A DNA stretch of 64,000 bases from Ureibacillus sp. (GTDB taxonomy: Bacteria; Bacillota; Bacilli; Bacillales_A; Planococcaceae), in NCBI GenBank assembly GCA_035555915.1, contig DATMGC010000151.1, positions 386-64,385 of the forward strand, written 5' to 3'. The translations under genes and the position numbers were made by a program. Every line of letters starts with the position of its first letter. The stretch's first letter is position 1. The notes beneath the pieces were generated by a model, which saw only the letters and a program-made list of their open reading frames with translations, was not told the origin of the DNA and searched no databases. This document shows, piece after piece, positions 63,225 through 64,000 of the stretch.

Positions 63225-63878
63225 TTATGCTTTTTTCGTTTTAGACTTTAATAATCCGATAACAGCTGGGATAAGCGATACCACAACGATTGCTATGATG
63301 ACTGTTGAGAAGTTATCCCTGATAAACGGAATATTACCGAAGAAGAATCCACAAAAGACTCCAATTACAACCCATAAAAAACCACCAATAATATTATAAG
63401 TAATGAATTGGGCGTAACGCATTTTACTTGCCCCTGCAATAAATGGAATAAATGTACGAATGAAGGGCATAAAACGTGCAAAGATAATTGTTTTGCCACC
63501 ATGGCGATCAAAGAATTCTTGTGCTTTTTGCATACGGTCTTTATTAATCATTCTTCCTAAGAAACTATTTTCAGGAATGGACTTACCAATTTTATGTCCA
63601 ATTTGATAATTTAATGTATCACCTAAAACTGCTGCTATAAAGAAGACAATAAGGCATACCCATACATTTAATCCTCCCATTGCAGCTAATGCACCACTAG
63701 CAAATAATAGGGAATCCCCTGGCAAGAATGGCATGATGACCAAACCTGTTTCAACAAATACGATTAAAAATACGATTCCATAAACCCATCCATGATATTG
63801 GCTCACAATATCCTTTAAATGCACATCAATATGCATGATAAAATCAATTAACCATTTTATTAAATCCACAATACTCAC
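63225..63878 (-). CDS. DedA family membrane protein
   Basis: FVETGLVIMPFLPGDSLLF, ARFMPFIRTF. Confidence 0.93.
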   Translation of the reverse strand: MSIVDLIKWLIDFIMHIDVHLKDIVSQYHGWVYGIVFLIVFVETGLVIMPFLPGDSLLFASGALAAMGGLNVWVCLIVFFIAAVLGDTLNYQIGHKIGKSIPENSFLGRMINKDRMQKAQEFFDRHGGKTIIFARFMPFIRTFIPFIAGASKMRYAQFITYNIIGGFLWVVIGVFCGFFFGNIPFIRDNFSTVIIAIVVVSLIPAVIGLLKSKTKKA

Positions 63879-64000
63879 TCACATTCCTATATTTCTCTAT
63901 TCATCATACTGACTTATCTACTAGCTGTCTCGTATAAGAATCTTTACATCTAATATTAACCTAATGAAGCATAGGATTGTTACTTTTTTAATGTTAATTT

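Overview
64 kb of low-GC Bacillales chromosome. The gene order (suf, gltC-gltAB, metNPQ, yusE/F, gcvH, yusI, fadN/A/E) suggests a Lysinibacillus/Ureibacillus-like organism; this taxon call is an inference. The left half is mostly core metabolism: sat-cysC, an organosulfonate ABC + LLM monooxygenase operon, sufCDSUB, glutamate synthase with GltC, a SAM-I-controlled methionine ABC transporter and the FadR-controlled beta-oxidation operon. The right half is more accessory: AarF kinase/OsmC/phosphatase, csp, an EAL phosphodiesterase, an Rgg-family regulator, a soluble chemoreceptor, the lactate cluster lutABC-lutR-lutP fused to pyc, several divergent regulator/target pairs, lmrB and small membrane proteins. 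I saw no rRNA, tRNA, CRISPR-cas, transposase or integrase. Best lead: an Rgg/MutR regulator with a divergent, unannotated 35-aa pheromone-like ORF (42703..42810). The same TTTCAT-N15-ATGAAA palindrome lies upstream of the rgg/peptide pair and of the adjacent c-di-GMP phosphodiesterase gene, suggesting a peptide quorum-sensing to c-di-GMP circuit. Other leads: a non-coding 52-bp (2x26) tandem array with 156-bp higher-order structure; a three-way-junction element between convergent terminators; an attenuator-like leader on the sulfonate operon; a long csp 5'UTR hairpin; an RBS-sequestering hairpin on a missed DUF1540 gene; and a dif/recombinase-core-like site among small accessory genes. Many start codons were re-assigned from the ORF track using RBS position. 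All calls are by eye; no searches were run.
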